Positions 29,370 to 41,611 of a stretch of DNA of 64,000 nt are shown here, piece by piece. How positions within the stretch are numbered: the first letter of the stretch is position 1; each line of letters opens with the position of its first letter. A model generated the notes under the pieces. The model made no database searches. It had not been told where the DNA came from and worked only from the letters and a program-made list of their open reading frames with translations. Made by a program: the position numbers and the translations under genes. Origin of the DNA: Candidatus Marinamargulisbacteria bacterium (GTDB lineage Bacteria > Margulisbacteria > Marinamargulisbacteria > UBA817); assembly GCA_023262965.1 (NCBI GenBank), contig JALQXX010000003.1:3996-67995 (forward strand), read 5' to 3'.

Positions 29370-29702
29370 TTGTGGCATAGTATAAATATGGAGAAAATAA
29401 TATGTTGCAGTACAAATAAACTATATAGTCATGGGACGTATATTCGTTCATCGGATTTGCAAGTTATTAAACGGTTTAAGTGCCCCACGTGTAAACGAAC
29501 ATTTTCGCGATTGGCATCTCCGATGGAGCTTCCCGGTAAACGGATTAATATGACCCAAAAGATCAATAGTTTGTTGAAGAAGGGCTTAAGTACGCGTGAA
29601 ATTGCAACAATGTTGCACATTACCACAACAATGGTGTCTCGTAAACGCACGTTGTTTAAAAAAATGATGGATCAACAAACAACCCCAGGGGCAGCCAACT
29701 AA
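29370..29702 (+). CDS. Solo InsA-like zinc-ribbon plus HTH protein (IS-derived regulator or transposase remnant)
   Basis: A CCxx...CPxC zinc ribbon (CCSTN...KCPTCKRTF) followed by an HTH (GLSTREIATMLHITTTMVSRK), arranged like IS1 InsA or the IS1595 N-terminus. No catalytic transposase ORF and no terminal inverted repeats were found. Confidence 0.4.
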   Translation: MWHSINMEKIICCSTNKLYSHGTYIRSSDLQVIKRFKCPTCKRTFSRLASPMELPGKRINMTQKINSLLKKGLSTREIATMLHITTTMVSRKRTLFKKMMDQQTTPGAAN

Positions 29703-29758
29703 AATCAATAACTTCATATTTGAATTGTTTTTATACGGCCTATTTTTTGTAAAAATGC

Positions 29759-29782
29759 CCGTTTAGGTATCATTCTAAACGG
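29759..29782 (-). terminator. Hairpin downstream of tatA (candidate terminator)
   Basis: CCGTTTAG-gtatcatt-CTAAACGG, an 8-bp stem immediately 3' of the tatA stop, with a T-rich tract following on the minus strand. Confidence 0.3.
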
Positions 29783-29790
29783 TATAACCA

Positions 29791-29958
29791 TTACTTTTTA
29801 GGGGGGTCGTTTGATTTCGATGAATCCGATTCGTCTAATCCTTTTTGAAACTCTTTTCGCGCTTCACCCAGGGACTTGGCAAATTTGGGGATGGATTTGG
29901 CGCCAAAAAGGACCAAAACAATTAAGCCAATAACAATTAATTCAGTACTACCAATCAT
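29791..29958 (-). CDS. tatA: Twin-arginine translocase subunit TatA/E
   Basis: I translated this myself; it is absent from the ORF track at 55 aa. The product MIGSTELIVIGLIVLVLFGAKSIPKFAKSLGEARKEFQKGLDES is a classic TatA (TM helix, hinge FGxK, amphipathic helix). Confidence 0.8.
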   Translation of the reverse strand: MIGSTELIVIGLIVLVLFGAKSIPKFAKSLGEARKEFQKGLDESDSSKSNDPPKK

Positions 29959-29960
29959 AA

Positions 29961-30323
29961 TTAATGAGGGGCTCCGGATGAATCCATAGGGGTAACAGTA
30001 ACTGGCGATTTATAGTTGTAGGGACGCTCAACTATATCTGTAATGGCGCCACGGCCTTCAATATCAATAAACGTAAACAAGAAGAATAATACAATAGCCA
30101 TGACCGCCCCAAATACAAAAATTAAATTAGCACGCTCCCAACGCAATCCCATAAAAAAAGCGCCGACCAATCCAGCCTTAATTAGGGCGATTAAAATGGC
30201 CACCGGTGTGTGCAAGACGCCTAAATCAATACGCGAAACAGCCACCGTAATAACGGTTAAAATAATCAAGGCTACAAACGTTCCTTGATAATATATTTTG
30301 GGAATAACTACATGATTTGCCAT
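29961..30323 (-). CDS. ctaF: Cytochrome c oxidase subunit IV (prokaryotic caa3-type)
   Basis: 120 aa with 3 TM segments and LIKAGLVGAFFMGLRWE. It lies directly downstream of ctaE. Confidence 0.7.
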   Translation of the reverse strand: MANHVVIPKIYYQGTFVALIILTVITVAVSRIDLGVLHTPVAILIALIKAGLVGAFFMGLRWERANLIFVFGAVMAIVLFFLFTFIDIEGRGAITDIVERPYNYKSPVTVTPMDSSGAPH

Positions 30324-30334
30324 TTAAATATACC

Positions 30335-30961
30335 TCACAATAAATAGAGTAGCGGAAATAAAAAAATCCATACAATGTCGACCAAATGCCAATATAATCC
30401 AACCATTTCAATTGGCGTGAAGTAATCGCTATTAACGGTATTTTTAGCCACACGAGCCATTATCCAAACAATTAATCCAATACCAATCAAAACATGCAAT
30501 GCGTGCAATCCTGTAATTGTAAAATACAATCCAAAAAATATATGCAATGTATCGAAAGGGCCCTCGGCATTAAAGTACATACCTGGGTAGTATCCATGCG
30601 CAAATTTGGCTTGGTATTCAAACGATTTAATAACCAAAAAACAGGTGGCCAGTGCAACCGTTGCCCCCAAATTAATCAGTGTTTTTTTGCGATTACCATG
30701 TTGGGTGTGATACACGCCCATGACCATTGTAAAACTACTAATGATTAAAAAAATGGTATTAATAAATCCCAGCTTCCAATCCAATAGAGAACTGGCGTAA
30801 TGAAACATCTCCGGATTGTAAAAACGATAAACCGCATACGCTACAAAAAGACCACTAAAAAACAATACTTCTTGTGCAATAAATGCCCACATACCAACCT
30901 TGCAGGCATTAAATTCTTGAGCTTCGCTGGCGAAATAATGCGGTAATGCACGTTTACTCAT
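30335..30961 (-). CDS. ctaE: Cytochrome c oxidase subunit III
   Basis: COX3 family ([15 protein letters not shown]). The start is taken at the internal Met, [10 protein letters not shown], which avoids a 68-nt overlap with ctaD. Confidence 0.85.
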   Translation of the reverse strand: MSKRALPHYFASEAQEFNACKVGMWAFIAQEVLFFSGLFVAYAVYRFYNPEMFHYASSLLDWKLGFINTIFLIISSFTMVMGVYHTQHGNRKKTLINLGATVALATCFLVIKSFEYQAKFAHGYYPGMYFNAEGPFDTLHIFFGLYFTITGLHALHVLIGIGLIVWIMARVAKNTVNSDYFTPIEMVGLYWHLVDIVWIFLFPLLYLL

Positions 30962-32537
30962 GAGATGACGCCTTATAATCATAGGGAGGACTTGTAACAA
31001 CCGGGGTTTTTGAGAATGCATGATATTGTGGAGGGGAGTCGGTTAACCATTCAAGTGTCAATGCGCCCCAGGGATTTTTATCGGCTTTTTTACCACTGCG
31101 AAGGGACTTAACCAAATAAATAAGCATCACAATAAAACCAATAGCAATAATCCATGACCCAACGGTTGATATCTGATGATATATCGCAAACTCATCCACG
31201 TAATTATAGTAACGACGTGGCATACCTTTTGATCCCATAATAAACTGAACAAAAAAGGTCATATTAAACCCAATAAATATTAACCAAAACGCCCATTTTG
31301 CTAAGTATTCAGAATACATTTTTCCAAACATTTTTGGCCACCAATAATGCAACCCACCCAAAAAAGCGTATAACGTACCACCAAACATAACATAATGAAA
31401 ATGGGCCACCACAAAATAGGTGTCATGCAAATGAATATTGGTTGACAATGTACCCAAGAAAATACCTGTAAACCCACCAATCACAAATAAAAACAAGAAG
31501 CCTAGAAAATATAAAAAAGGTGTTTCAAACGATATCGACCCTTTATACAAGGTAGCAATCCAATTAAATATTTTAACCCCAGATGGAATGGCAACCAAAA
31601 ACGTTAATATAGAAAATAACGTGGCCGCCAACTCGGATTCGGACGTATACATATGATGTCCCCACACCAAAAACGAAATAACAGCAATAGCAATACTCGA
31701 CATCGCGATAGCTTTGTAACCAAATATATTTTTTCTAGAAAATGTGGTTACCAGCTCACTGATAACACCCATGGCAGGCAGAATCATGATGTAAACTGCT
31801 GGATGGGAATAAAACCAAAAGAAATGTTGAAACAAAACGGGATCGCCACCAATGGCAGGATCAAATATACCAATGCCCCACATACGTTCAAGAATTAATA
31901 AAACCAATGTGATGGCTAAAACAGGGGTTGCTAAAATTTGAATGATCGATGTGGCATATAGTGACCATGCAAATAAAGGCATACGAAACCATGTCATTCC
32001 TGGTGCGCGTAAGTAATGAATGGTTGCAATAAAATTAACCCCTGTTAAAATCGAAGAGAATCCCAAAATAAATGCCCCGACAACCATTGTAACAACAGCG
32101 GTATCGGTTGTTGTTGAGTACGGTGTGTAAAATGTCCAACCCGTATCGATACCCCCCATAAAAATACTGAGAATACACACCAATGCACCCAAAATATATA
32201 CATGAAAACTGGCCAGATTCAGCTTAGGAAACGCGACGTCATTGGCACCAAGCTGTAAGGGCAATATAAAATTACCAAGTGTTGCTGGAATCGATGGAAT
32301 GATAAATAAAAATACCATAATAGCCCCATGCAATGTAAAGGATTGATTATATTGCTTGGCAGTTAGTATTAATTGATCGGGAGTGAATAGCTCCAATCGA
32401 ACCAATAACGCGGCAAACCCACCGACAGCAAACGCGCCAAAAACGGAAAATAAATACATGATACCAATGCGCTTATGGTCTTTTGTAAATAACCAACTCA
32501 GGAGGCCTTTTTTTTCAGTAATGTAATTTTTCATCAA
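30954..32537 (-). CDS. ctaD: Cytochrome c oxidase subunit I
   Basis: 527 aa with [28 protein letters not shown] and the heme a/a3-CuB ligand histidines. Confidence 0.95.
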   Translation of the reverse strand: MMKNYITEKKGLLSWLFTKDHKRIGIMYLFSVFGAFAVGGFAALLVRLELFTPDQLILTAKQYNQSFTLHGAIMVFLFIIPSIPATLGNFILPLQLGANDVAFPKLNLASFHVYILGALVCILSIFMGGIDTGWTFYTPYSTTTDTAVVTMVVGAFILGFSSILTGVNFIATIHYLRAPGMTWFRMPLFAWSLYATSIIQILATPVLAITLVLLILERMWGIGIFDPAIGGDPVLFQHFFWFYSHPAVYIMILPAMGVISELVTTFSRKNIFGYKAIAMSSIAIAVISFLVWGHHMYTSESELAATLFSILTFLVAIPSGVKIFNWIATLYKGSISFETPFLYFLGFLFLFVIGGFTGIFLGTLSTNIHLHDTYFVVAHFHYVMFGGTLYAFLGGLHYWWPKMFGKMYSEYLAKWAFWLIFIGFNMTFFVQFIMGSKGMPRRYYNYVDEFAIYHQISTVGSWIIAIGFIVMLIYLVKSLRSGKKADKNPWGALTLEWLTDSPPQYHAFSKTPVVTSPPYDYKASSHE

Positions 32538-33496
32538 TCAGATAACTCCTTTATGTATTCAATAATAGCTGTAATTTCTTGATCAACCAATAGCCCCTGA
32601 TAAGAGGGCATTACCGGTTGATATCCTGTAACAATATGTGCTTGCGGATAATTAATAGATTCAATTAAATAGGCTTCATCGGCAATACGTTCACTGCCAT
32701 CTGTAAATACGCGGTTGGCGTTGTATAGATTTTTCCATGTCGGGCCCACCATGGGGGATCCATCAATGGAGTGACAGGCGACACATCCTTTTTTTGTGTA
32801 CAATTGCTTTCCTGCCTCACTTAATGGAATCGAGTCATCAAAATCAACCGCTTTCAAAAATGCGTAATAATCATCATTCGACATAACTTTTAGAGTTGCC
32901 AACATGTTGGAATGTTTGTCACCACAATACTCGGTACAAAATATACGGAAGTTGCCAATTTTTGCAGGCTCGATGGTTAAGACAGTATAACGGTTTGGAA
33001 TAACATCGCGTTTAATGCGTAGATTGGGCAAATAAAAACTATGTAAAACATCGGTGCTACTCAATATCAACTTAACGGGTGTGTTGACGGGCACAACCAA
33101 ATCACCAATGGTTTTTTTGCCATTGGGATAAGTAAATTCCCAAAACCATTTTTTCCCGGAAACATAAATGGTGGTTGCATTGGGTGGGATGCTTCGCATT
33201 AACATATACTGCTTAAATCCGAGCCAAAAAATAAAAAGAACCAATAGGGTTGGAACGACTGTCCAAATAATTTCCAAGGGGATGTTATGTGTTATTTGTT
33301 TTTCAGCCAGTTGATCGGATGACTTTCGTTTACTAGTAATTAAAAACCAAGCACTAACACCGATCAATCCCACCATAAAAATTACGGACAGCCATAATAT
33401 AAAATAAAACAGTGTATCAAATTCACCCAATGTAGCTGAAATGTTACTTGGTAAAAAAAACGTTCCTTTTTCTGTTAAATTCTGAATAATCTCCAT
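32534..33496 (-). CDS. ctaC: Cytochrome c oxidase subunit II with fused C-terminal cytochrome c domain (caa3-type)
   Basis: CuA motif H...[12 protein letters not shown] plus a C-terminal CVACH heme-binding site. Confidence 0.9.
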   Translation of the reverse strand: MEIIQNLTEKGTFFLPSNISATLGEFDTLFYFILWLSVIFMVGLIGVSAWFLITSKRKSSDQLAEKQITHNIPLEIIWTVVPTLLVLFIFWLGFKQYMLMRSIPPNATTIYVSGKKWFWEFTYPNGKKTIGDLVVPVNTPVKLILSSTDVLHSFYLPNLRIKRDVIPNRYTVLTIEPAKIGNFRIFCTEYCGDKHSNMLATLKVMSNDDYYAFLKAVDFDDSIPLSEAGKQLYTKKGCVACHSIDGSPMVGPTWKNLYNANRVFTDGSERIADEAYLIESINYPQAHIVTGYQPVMPSYQGLLVDQEITAIIEYIKELSD

Positions 33497-33500
33497 AGTA

Positions 33501-34274
33501 CTACCGTTGTCTTTCCTTATAAATAAAAGTCCCTATTATTGTAAATAATATCAACACAGTTATCAAGCTAATAATCCGAAGAATTTTAAAAATAAGCAAT
33601 GAGTAGGTCTGTTTGCTTGGATCAAAATAGTAGCAGTACGTAATAATTTTTTCGCGCAGGGTTTTTTTGTCTTTTAAATTCATAAGTGAATAATCAAAAT
33701 GGGTGGGCTCGTAGGTTACCCCTTCAATGTAATTGCTAATACCGTTTTTGTAGAAAAATAGAACAGACGGATGAGCATAATCATTGGTGCGCTCAATATA
33801 CTCATAATTGTATCCAAAAAAACGTGTTATTTTTTGGATTGTATCGGAATCACCTTTTAAAAATAACCAGCCATTGGGGATATCTAAACTGTCCATGTAT
33901 TTCTTCTTGTAGGTTCGTAAATTGGTGTTACTTTCTTTTGGATCAATGGACACTGTAATAATTAAATAATCGTTTCCAACACGATAGCGAGATTCTTTGG
34001 CAACTTCAGCGAGACCATCCAATGTTAAGTGACATAGCATTGGGCAATTTAGGTATACAAAATTAATAATGGTGGGTTTCTCATGCATTAAATCGGCTAT
34101 GTTGATTAATTTATCATAATCATCGGTGAGAATAATGGGCTCATTTAATACATTTCCTAAAGTGACATCTACCCCAACATTTTGTAGGGGATAAGGGACA
34201 TCTGCAACCGCAATTTTAACGAGTGTAATGACGATATATAAGATAAATGGCATCATCAATTGTGACTTTTTCAT
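33501..34274 (-). CDS. SCO1/SenC copper chaperone
   Basis: Thioredoxin-fold CxxxC motif FVYLNCPMLCHLTLDGL; 257 aa with an N-terminal TM segment. Confidence 0.85.
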   Translation of the reverse strand: MKKSQLMMPFILYIVITLVKIAVADVPYPLQNVGVDVTLGNVLNEPIILTDDYDKLINIADLMHEKPTIINFVYLNCPMLCHLTLDGLAEVAKESRYRVGNDYLIITVSIDPKESNTNLRTYKKKYMDSLDIPNGWLFLKGDSDTIQKITRFFGYNYEYIERTNDYAHPSVLFFYKNGISNYIEGVTYEPTHFDYSLMNLKDKKTLREKIITYCYYFDPSKQTYSLLIFKILRIISLITVLILFTIIGTFIYKERQR

Positions 34275-34497
34275 CGTTTTGTTCGGATAATGTTTTTAGC
34301 TCATATTCGCGAAGATTGTGGAGATCCAATCCGACCCCATAATTCATATTATTGCGGTTTTTTTGATTGCTCACTTCGCTTTTAACCATGTAAATGGTAA
34401 CAATAGAAATAATGAAAATCGCCACAATAGTCAGTGTTATGGATATCACTGTAGGGGCTAACAATGGTTCGGTTTTATCATACTGCATACGGCTCAT
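34216..34497 (-). CDS. Small single-TM protein between actF and SCO1 (candidate ActG-like accessory subunit)
   Basis: 93 aa. Its start overlaps the actF stop by 4 nt. It has one hydrophobic helix and a charged C-terminal tail. Confidence 0.35.
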   Translation of the reverse strand: MSRMQYDKTEPLLAPTVISITLTIVAIFIISIVTIYMVKSEVSNQKNRNNMNYGVGLDLHNLREYELKTLSEQNDEKVTIDDAIYLIYRHYTR

Positions 34498-35657
34498 ATT
34501 GCGTTCTCCACATGTTTAGATTCCTCTAATCGAGGGTCGTTTGTTGGTATAATAGCATATCGACATATTTTATTAATCAATAACGATGTCAGAATAATCA
34601 AGAATGATATCATAATTAAAATCTCCAACCAAGATATGTGGGAGCTAGTCGTAAAATTGGGCCATACAGCGTACCGAATATCTAAATAATGCAATGCAAG
34701 AATAACAATGCTGAAAAATAATCGTCCGACCAGATGGCGTTTCACATGGCGTGACATAAACCCAAAAAGAGGTAACACAAAATGACCAATAGCCAATACA
34801 TAAAAAATAGTCCCCCATTCACCCGTTAATCGGGGATAATACCATTGGGTAAATTCGGGAATATTGGCATACCAGGTTAGAAAATACTGGGAGAATGATA
34901 CGTAGCTCCAAAAAATAATAAACCCATAAAATAGTTTAGACAATTCATGCATGTGCTCGTTGCTGGGTAAGGTAGTGGATTTTGTCATCAAACGATAGAT
35001 ATCGTATCCCAAAATAGTACAGGATAAAGCGGCTACCATGCATCCGGCAAAAAAATTAACCCCCAATATTGTGGAGAACCAATGGGGGTATAGTGACATA
35101 ATCCAATCAAAGGCCATAAATGATGTTGCCAATGATAAAAAAAGAATGGCGACAGGGGATTTTTTTTGTAACGACGCGGTTATTTTCGCTGCCGCATCGG
35201 GATTACTATCCTGCTCCAACGATTTTCGCCAGTAATAATATCCTACGGTCGAAAATACAATGCAGTAAAGTGCATTTCTAATGATAAAAAACGGTAAGTT
35301 TAAATAGGGCGCTTTTTTTTGGAGTAAATAATCACCGGCTACTTCAACAGGATTCAGCCAAATAAATAAATGATCCAATCCAAATAATAATGGAATAAGA
35401 AACAAGGAGAATAACGGTAGGAAACTCATAAAATGTTCGGGAATACGCTTAACAGGGACTCCCCAACCGGCTCGAGTAAGATGCATCAATAGTAATAAAA
35501 AAGCCGCTCCAATACTAATTGATAAACCATACAAAAAAACCACTAAATACGATACATAAAATGCGGTAGTGGTGTAATACAAACTGAACATGATACCTAA
35601 AAGTCCAAGGCCACCCAAAACCAGTAATTTCAATTGTTGCTGTAGCGTTTTAGTCAT
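34494..35657 (-). CDS. actF: Alternative Complex III subunit ActF (NrfD-like membrane subunit)
   Basis: 387 aa with ~10 TM segments, a paralogue of ActC. It is the last of the act genes. Confidence 0.65.
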   Translation of the reverse strand: MTKTLQQQLKLLVLGGLGLLGIMFSLYYTTTAFYVSYLVVFLYGLSISIGAAFLLLLMHLTRAGWGVPVKRIPEHFMSFLPLFSLFLIPLLFGLDHLFIWLNPVEVAGDYLLQKKAPYLNLPFFIIRNALYCIVFSTVGYYYWRKSLEQDSNPDAAAKITASLQKKSPVAILFLSLATSFMAFDWIMSLYPHWFSTILGVNFFAGCMVAALSCTILGYDIYRLMTKSTTLPSNEHMHELSKLFYGFIIFWSYVSFSQYFLTWYANIPEFTQWYYPRLTGEWGTIFYVLAIGHFVLPLFGFMSRHVKRHLVGRLFFSIVILALHYLDIRYAVWPNFTTSSHISWLEILIMISFLIILTSLLINKICRYAIIPTNDPRLEESKHVENAI

Positions 35658-36210
35658 TGTTTTTTCCTTGCTTAATTAATGATACGTCGTGAGGAGTTAT
35701 ACGGGTCATTTTTTGAAGTGATCGAACATATAGCACAACTTGCCAAATGGATACATTGGTTAATTTGTTACCATATCCGGGCATGGTTCGAATACCGTTT
35801 TGAATAATATCATACAATTCCTGATCCGATTTATTTGCAGTGACATCCTCCAGAATATTGCTCACAACCCATCCTTTAGACGAAATAATACTTTTGGTGC
35901 CGTTACCCGTTTTTGTGTGACACGTTGCACAATAAATCGTGTAATTTTTTTGACCTTCTCGAATAAAATCTTCTGTAATGACGAAGTCCGATAAAGGGGC
36001 TTGTGTTGTCGTGTGACCATAAGGAACGGTGTTTGCGGGAATCGGTAACGGATCCCGTTGCGGGCGAATTTTTGGTTGAAAATCAAAATTAATGTTCGGA
36101 TGCACAGGAGGCTTTTCGGTTGTCCAACCGCGACATCCCATGAAACCAATGAGACAAAGCCCGTATATAATAAATCGTTTAATGGTTAATTGCTTCAATG
36201 TTTTTTCCAC
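35650..36210 (-). CDS. actE: ACIII monoheme cytochrome c subunit ActE
   Basis: Single CxxCH (CATCH); 186 aa with a signal/lipobox-like N-terminus. Confidence 0.7.
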   Translation of the reverse strand: MEKTLKQLTIKRFIIYGLCLIGFMGCRGWTTEKPPVHPNINFDFQPKIRPQRDPLPIPANTVPYGHTTTQAPLSDFVITEDFIREGQKNYTIYCATCHTKTGNGTKSIISSKGWVVSNILEDVTANKSDQELYDIIQNGIRTMPGYGNKLTNVSIWQVVLYVRSLQKMTRITPHDVSLIKQGKNND

Positions 36211-36706
36211 CTGATCTCTCTAAAAATAATTTTGTTTTTTCGATATCAAAATTTTTGTCATCTGAAGAAATAGCCAAAAAAAAGCCCGAACACGTCGCTT
36301 TTTTTATAGACTCATTATTAAAAATGGGTTGATTCCATTGAGGCAATTTATTGATTGCGAACATTCCAAACACCGTAAAAAAAGCCGTAAATAGAATGGT
36401 CAATTCGAAGGTTACTGGTACAAATGCTGGTAATGCTACAAATGGTTTTCCTGAGAGGGCAATGGGGTAATCAAATCCATTTGTCCATACTTGTAAAGCA
36501 ATAGCTCCGGTCAATCCAATCAAACACCCTATTAACGATAAATACGGCACACGGCTCAATGGAATACCCATGGCTTTATCAATTCCATGAACAGGAAATG
36601 GTGTATAGGTGTCAAATTTAATATAGCCGGCATGATATACTTTTTTAGATAAATCCAACAAGTCTTTTGGATTATCTACTTCGCATAAATAGCCAAAAAT
36701 GCTCAT
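36179..36706 (-). CDS. actD: ACIII membrane-associated subunit ActD
   Basis: 175 aa with one TM segment, positioned between actC and actE as in canonical ACIII operons. Confidence 0.55.
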   Translation of the reverse strand: MSIFGYLCEVDNPKDLLDLSKKVYHAGYIKFDTYTPFPVHGIDKAMGIPLSRVPYLSLIGCLIGLTGAIALQVWTNGFDYPIALSGKPFVALPAFVPVTFELTILFTAFFTVFGMFAINKLPQWNQPIFNNESIKKATCSGFFLAISSDDKNFDIEKTKLFLERSGGKNIEAINH

Positions 36707-38097
36707 AGTTGGCCTCCTTTTTTCGTATGCGATTCGTAATGATGTGGATCAGCAATTGCCATCACACCTTTTACTTCAGCAATAGATATAATTGGTAAAA
36801 ACTTTAAGAACAACAAGAACAATGAGAAGAACAATCCAAAGCTACCAACAAAAGTCATGATATCCACCCAGGTCGGTGTGTAATAATCCCAGGATGAGGG
36901 TAAAAAATCACGGTGCAAGGAGGTCACTGTGATAACAAATCGTTCGAACCACATGCCGATGTTTACAAAAATGGATATAATAAACATTACGGGTATGCTG
37001 GTGCGTAATGATCGAAACCAGAAAAATTGAGGGGATATAACATTGCATGAAATCATAATCCAATAAGCCCATGCATAGGGGCCAAAAGCGCGATTAACAA
37101 AAGCAAATGCTTCGTACTGATTTCCAGAATACCATGCCATAAAAAATTCCATTGCATAGGCATATCCCACCATTGTTCCTGTAGCTAAAATAAATTTATT
37201 CATGTTTTCTAAATGGCGTATGGTTACAAGATCTTCTAAATTAAATATTTTTCGAGCAATAATTAATAAGGTTAATACCATGGCAAAGCCTGAAAAAATG
37301 GCTCCAGCAACAAAGTACGGAGGGAATATAGTTGTGTGCCATCCGGGCAAATTGGATGTTGCGAAATCAAAACTAACAATCGAGTGAACCGAAAGAACCA
37401 GTGGTGTTGCAATTGCCGCCAAAATTAAATACGCTTTTTCGTAATTAATCCACTGTCGGCTTGAGCCCGACCAGCCTAACGCAAAAAAACCGTAAGCCAA
37501 GCGTTTTACACGGGTTTTTGCGCGATCACGAAATGTCGCTAAATCAGGAATTAATCCCACATACCAAAACAATAAGGATACTGTAAAATACGTGCTAACC
37601 GCAAAAACGTCCCATAATAACGCGCTTTTAAAATTGGGCCACATGGCCATTGAATTGGGAATAGGGAATAAATAATAGGCCAACCAAATACGGCCAACGT
37701 GAATACCCGGAAAAATACCCGCGCAAATAACGGCAAAAATAGTCATGGCTTCTGCAAATCGATTAATAGACGTGCGCCATTTTTGTTTAAATAGAAATAA
37801 TATGGCGGATATAAGCGTTCCGGCATGTCCGATACCAACCCAAAATACAAAGTTAACAATAGCAAAACCCCATCCAACCGGATTATTAAGACCCCAAACA
37901 CCAACCCCGTCCCAAATAAGATACCCAATCATAGCAAATAAAATACAGGCTACGGATGCTGAAAATAATACGCCAACTACCCACCATTTGGGGGCTTTCG
38001 CCTCAGCTGGTCTGGCTATTGCATCGGTTACATCTTTAAATGATTTGTCCCCCAAAACCAGAGGGACGCGATGAATTTGTTCATTAATGGTGTTCAT
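36703..38097 (-). CDS. actC: ACIII quinol-interacting membrane subunit ActC (NrfD/PsrC family)
   Basis: 464 aa with ~10 TM segments, belonging to the NrfD family. Confidence 0.8.
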   Translation of the reverse strand: MNTINEQIHRVPLVLGDKSFKDVTDAIARPAEAKAPKWWVVGVLFSASVACILFAMIGYLIWDGVGVWGLNNPVGWGFAIVNFVFWVGIGHAGTLISAILFLFKQKWRTSINRFAEAMTIFAVICAGIFPGIHVGRIWLAYYLFPIPNSMAMWPNFKSALLWDVFAVSTYFTVSLLFWYVGLIPDLATFRDRAKTRVKRLAYGFFALGWSGSSRQWINYEKAYLILAAIATPLVLSVHSIVSFDFATSNLPGWHTTIFPPYFVAGAIFSGFAMVLTLLIIARKIFNLEDLVTIRHLENMNKFILATGTMVGYAYAMEFFMAWYSGNQYEAFAFVNRAFGPYAWAYWIMISCNVISPQFFWFRSLRTSIPVMFIISIFVNIGMWFERFVITVTSLHRDFLPSSWDYYTPTWVDIMTFVGSFGLFFSLFLLFLKFLPIISIAEVKGVMAIADPHHYESHTKKGGQL

Positions 38098-40972
38098 GTG
38101 GGGTTTCCTTCCAAACAGATCGTTTTATTTTTGCCAAATAAACAGTTCGAGGTTTTGTATTGAGTTCATTTTGTAGTAAATCGTAACGACGTTTGCTGGA
38201 TCGAGCAGCCTGTAATGGATGATTTTTTTGATTGATATCGCCAAATACAATCGCATTGGTAGGACAGCTTTGCTGACAGGCTGTTTGAAGCCCATCAATA
38301 GGCGTGCCGTGCAATTTCTTTTGCAATTTTGCATGACTAATACGCTGAATACAATACGTACATTTTTCCATAACCCCTCGCATACGAATGGTTACTTCTG
38401 GGTTGAATTGTTTTTGTGTTGGTGCCGATGGCTCACGAAAATAATCGAACAAATGAATACGCTTTTTTTCAACCGATTGGGGATTCTTTTGATGCCAATC
38501 AAAAAAATTAAATCGACGCACTTTGTAAGGGCAATTATTGGCACAGTATCGCGTACCAATACAGCGATTGTATGTCATTACATTCAGACCTTCATCATCG
38601 TGAACCGTTGCATTTACCGGACACACCTGTTCGCAGGGGGCATTTTCACAATGAACACAGGCCACTGGCATATAATTAATGGTAACATCATTGTGGTCAT
38701 TTTCTATAAAATACCGATCAATACGTATCCAACTCATTTCACGCCCTTTAATGACCTCATCCTTGCCCACAATAGGAATATTGTTTTCGGCTTGACAAGC
38801 AACCGCGCATGTATGGCAACCGATACAAGCGTTTAAATCAATAGACATGCCCCACTGATGCTCACCTGTATATACTTGTTCTTTAAAGAGGGAATGAATA
38901 TGATGGTCATCATGATGAGCATGATCCAATTCAGCGATTGTTTTAATATGAAGAATATTCTTAATACGATCTTTAATCCCCGATGCCGCCAACGACTCTT
39001 CATCCAATCCATGATTCATTTGGGTATCGGCTAAGGTTACATGCTCATTTGTTTTAGATACCGATTGAATGGGATAATGCCCATACGGATCTAATCCATC
39101 GGTAGAAATACCGTAACCGGAAAACGTGGTCTGGTAAATAGCCCCATACCCATAATTGATGGAAATAGTTGCACGGTTTTGACCTGGCAAAATGATAACG
39201 GGTCCTTTTAATCGTGCATCAGCAACATCAATGGTTACAACATCACCGGTTACAAGATGATTTTTTTTGGCAAAATCCGTATTAATAATAAATGCGTTGC
39301 CCCAGGTTAATTTTGTAATGGGGTCGGGGGTTTCATGCAACCAGGCATTATTGGCATAACGTCCATCAAGCATGTAGTACGATGGCGACACAGTTAGGGT
39401 TAAATCATTGCGTATGGTTTCTGATGCAGAAAAAGCGATGGGGGCTTTATTGATACGTAGGGATGCTAGAGATTTGCCCACAATAAATCCTTTTGATTTT
39501 AGTTGATCAAAAGATTGATTATATGATTTGAGCAACGTCTGCACCTGTTGATAAACGGTGAACGATGACCCCACCAAAGCCGTTAAAACATCGGCATGTG
39601 AGAGCACATCGGGATACAACGGTTCAATGACAGGCTGTTGAATGCATATATGATTATGATCGCTTTTGAGTAATCCCCACTCTTCTAAAAAGTGAGTTCC
39701 AGCAATATGTATGGCAGAAAATGCGCTAAGGGCATTTCGATAATTACACACATTAATAATTAATGCATTGCCAACTACATCCGAAAAATTGGGCATGAAT
39801 CGTGGCAAATCAACTCCAAAAGAAATCACCGTTTTAATACGGTTGGTTTGAAACACGGTGCGAATTGCATCAATGGTATCATTAAATGGTTGGATCGTAG
39901 CCGATGAATCGGAATAGGGTTTAATATGAACTGTGCTGCCGTTGTTTTTTAAGACGGTATTAATAGCCAGGGCCAGTGCGTGATAAACGGATTCAAAGGC
40001 CGCTCCCACCATAACAATTGCCGCTGATTTATGAGACAGTAATGAATCAACTAACGGATTTAATTGATTGGTATCCACCATGGTTGTGTCGACATTAATA
40101 GTCTTTAAGATGGCTTTGTCAATTTCGGTGCCATATTGAGTAATAACACGATGGGCTAATGCTTTAATAAATTCACGTTGATGTGAAGGAGATTGATTTA
40201 TAATACGATCTGCTTTTGAATCCGTCATCGATAAATGACTTGAAACGGATACATGCATTATATCAGATTGATGGGTCATGTACGACTGAAGTGATGCAAT
40301 GTTCTCAGACTCGAGCCCTAAAAAATCGGATTCAAAATTAAGAATGAATTTTGTTTTTTTGAAATTGTAATGTAAAAATCCCCGTTGTCCCGTAAAGTGA
40401 TAAATGGCATTGTTTTGATTTCCATTCATCAATGGATCGACAATAAACACATGGGATTTTTTTACAGATTTTAAAAGTGATTCAATAACCATTGAGTGGT
40501 GATTGGGCAACACTAATAACGTACTGTCATCCAACGATATATTGCCCAGCACATTTTTTATGGTTAATACATTGGCATAGTCACCATTTAATGTATGTGT
40601 TTTAAGGCGATCGGGATCATATAGTTGCTGAATTTCGGCCTGAATATGAGCCGATGAACGACCGTTATTTTCAGGGTAATCGGGATGACCATCTAATTTG
40701 GTTGGACGTCCTTCATAGGTTGTGGCCAATAAACTGTTAACACGATTATTAATAACGGCACTGGTTGCATAATAGTTGGGCAATCCAGGAACGGTTGTTG
40801 TTGATTCATGGGTATACGTTTTAATAATTTGTTTGGGTTTCCGTATGGATACACATCCCGATAACGCCGCCACGGTCATTCCCGTAGATAGGGATTTCAT
40901 AGCCTCGCGACGCGTTTTAGGCGACGAGAACAACGTTGTTTTAAATTCACTTTTATTATCTATCGATGACAT
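38084..40972 (-). CDS. actB: ACIII subunit ActB (molybdopterin-oxidoreductase-like domain fused to a 4Fe-4S ferredoxin domain, with Tat signal)
   Basis: N-terminal twin-arginine motif [11 protein letters not shown]; 962 aa with multiple CxxCxxC...CP cluster motifs in the C-terminal third. Confidence 0.85.
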   Translation of the reverse strand: MSSIDNKSEFKTTLFSSPKTRREAMKSLSTGMTVAALSGCVSIRKPKQIIKTYTHESTTTVPGLPNYYATSAVINNRVNSLLATTYEGRPTKLDGHPDYPENNGRSSAHIQAEIQQLYDPDRLKTHTLNGDYANVLTIKNVLGNISLDDSTLLVLPNHHSMVIESLLKSVKKSHVFIVDPLMNGNQNNAIYHFTGQRGFLHYNFKKTKFILNFESDFLGLESENIASLQSYMTHQSDIMHVSVSSHLSMTDSKADRIINQSPSHQREFIKALAHRVITQYGTEIDKAILKTINVDTTMVDTNQLNPLVDSLLSHKSAAIVMVGAAFESVYHALALAINTVLKNNGSTVHIKPYSDSSATIQPFNDTIDAIRTVFQTNRIKTVISFGVDLPRFMPNFSDVVGNALIINVCNYRNALSAFSAIHIAGTHFLEEWGLLKSDHNHICIQQPVIEPLYPDVLSHADVLTALVGSSFTVYQQVQTLLKSYNQSFDQLKSKGFIVGKSLASLRINKAPIAFSASETIRNDLTLTVSPSYYMLDGRYANNAWLHETPDPITKLTWGNAFIINTDFAKKNHLVTGDVVTIDVADARLKGPVIILPGQNRATISINYGYGAIYQTTFSGYGISTDGLDPYGHYPIQSVSKTNEHVTLADTQMNHGLDEESLAASGIKDRIKNILHIKTIAELDHAHHDDHHIHSLFKEQVYTGEHQWGMSIDLNACIGCHTCAVACQAENNIPIVGKDEVIKGREMSWIRIDRYFIENDHNDVTINYMPVACVHCENAPCEQVCPVNATVHDDEGLNVMTYNRCIGTRYCANNCPYKVRRFNFFDWHQKNPQSVEKKRIHLFDYFREPSAPTQKQFNPEVTIRMRGVMEKCTYCIQRISHAKLQKKLHGTPIDGLQTACQQSCPTNAIVFGDINQKNHPLQAARSSKRRYDLLQNELNTKPRTVYLAKIKRSVWKETPHEHH

Positions 40973-41610
40973 ACACTACAAGCCTCTCCGGGGTTCACAT
41001 TATACGTTTCTTTTAACTGAAGCCCCAATTTTAATTGATTATCTGGTCTAAAATCCAAGTTAGTGACCTGTTCTTTAGGCCATAAATATTTCTCAGGTTC
41101 CCGATGACACTCTAAGCACCACCCCATACTTAATGGTTTCGCTTGATATACAGTGGTCATTTTATTCACATTTCCGTGACATTGAACACACGATACACCG
41201 GAATTAACATGAGCGGCATGGTTAAAATAAACATAATCGGGAAGCATATGGACTTTAACCCAATCAATGGGTTTTTTCTGATTATGATACTCGGTTAATG
41301 TTTTGATTGCGGGGGAGTCAACTTTAATGGTTTTATGGCAATTCATACAGGTCTCGGTTGTAGGAATATTGGAATGACCCGATACCTCGACATTGGAGTG
41401 ACAGTACCGGCAATCCATTCCAACTTGATTGACATGGAGTTCATGAGAAAACGGAATGGGTTGCTTGGGCTGATACCCCACTTCTAAATGTTTGGGAGAA
41501 AACCAAAACCAAAACAAATGAATGGTTATTCCCAAAATAAGTGTAAGACCAACTAAAACAATAATTGGGAGATAATTAAACCATTTTGGGAATAACTGCT
41601 TACTGGTCAT
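40960..41610 (-). CDS. actA: ACIII pentaheme cytochrome c subunit ActA
   Basis: Five CxxCH motifs (CRYCH, CMNCH, CVQCH, CLECH, CSVCH) and an N-terminal TM anchor. Confidence 0.85.
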   Translation of the reverse strand: MTSKQLFPKWFNYLPIIVLVGLTLILGITIHLFWFWFSPKHLEVGYQPKQPIPFSHELHVNQVGMDCRYCHSNVEVSGHSNIPTTETCMNCHKTIKVDSPAIKTLTEYHNQKKPIDWVKVHMLPDYVYFNHAAHVNSGVSCVQCHGNVNKMTTVYQAKPLSMGWCLECHREPEKYLWPKEQVTNLDFRPDNQLKLGLQLKETYNVNPGEACSVCHR

Positions 41611-41611
41611 C

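Noticed and set aside
29276-29790. A complete insertion sequence around the InsA-like ORF.
   Set aside because: No second (catalytic) transposase ORF is present, and no terminal inverted repeats or direct target duplications were found by eye in the flanks. It was scored only as a remnant or solo regulator.
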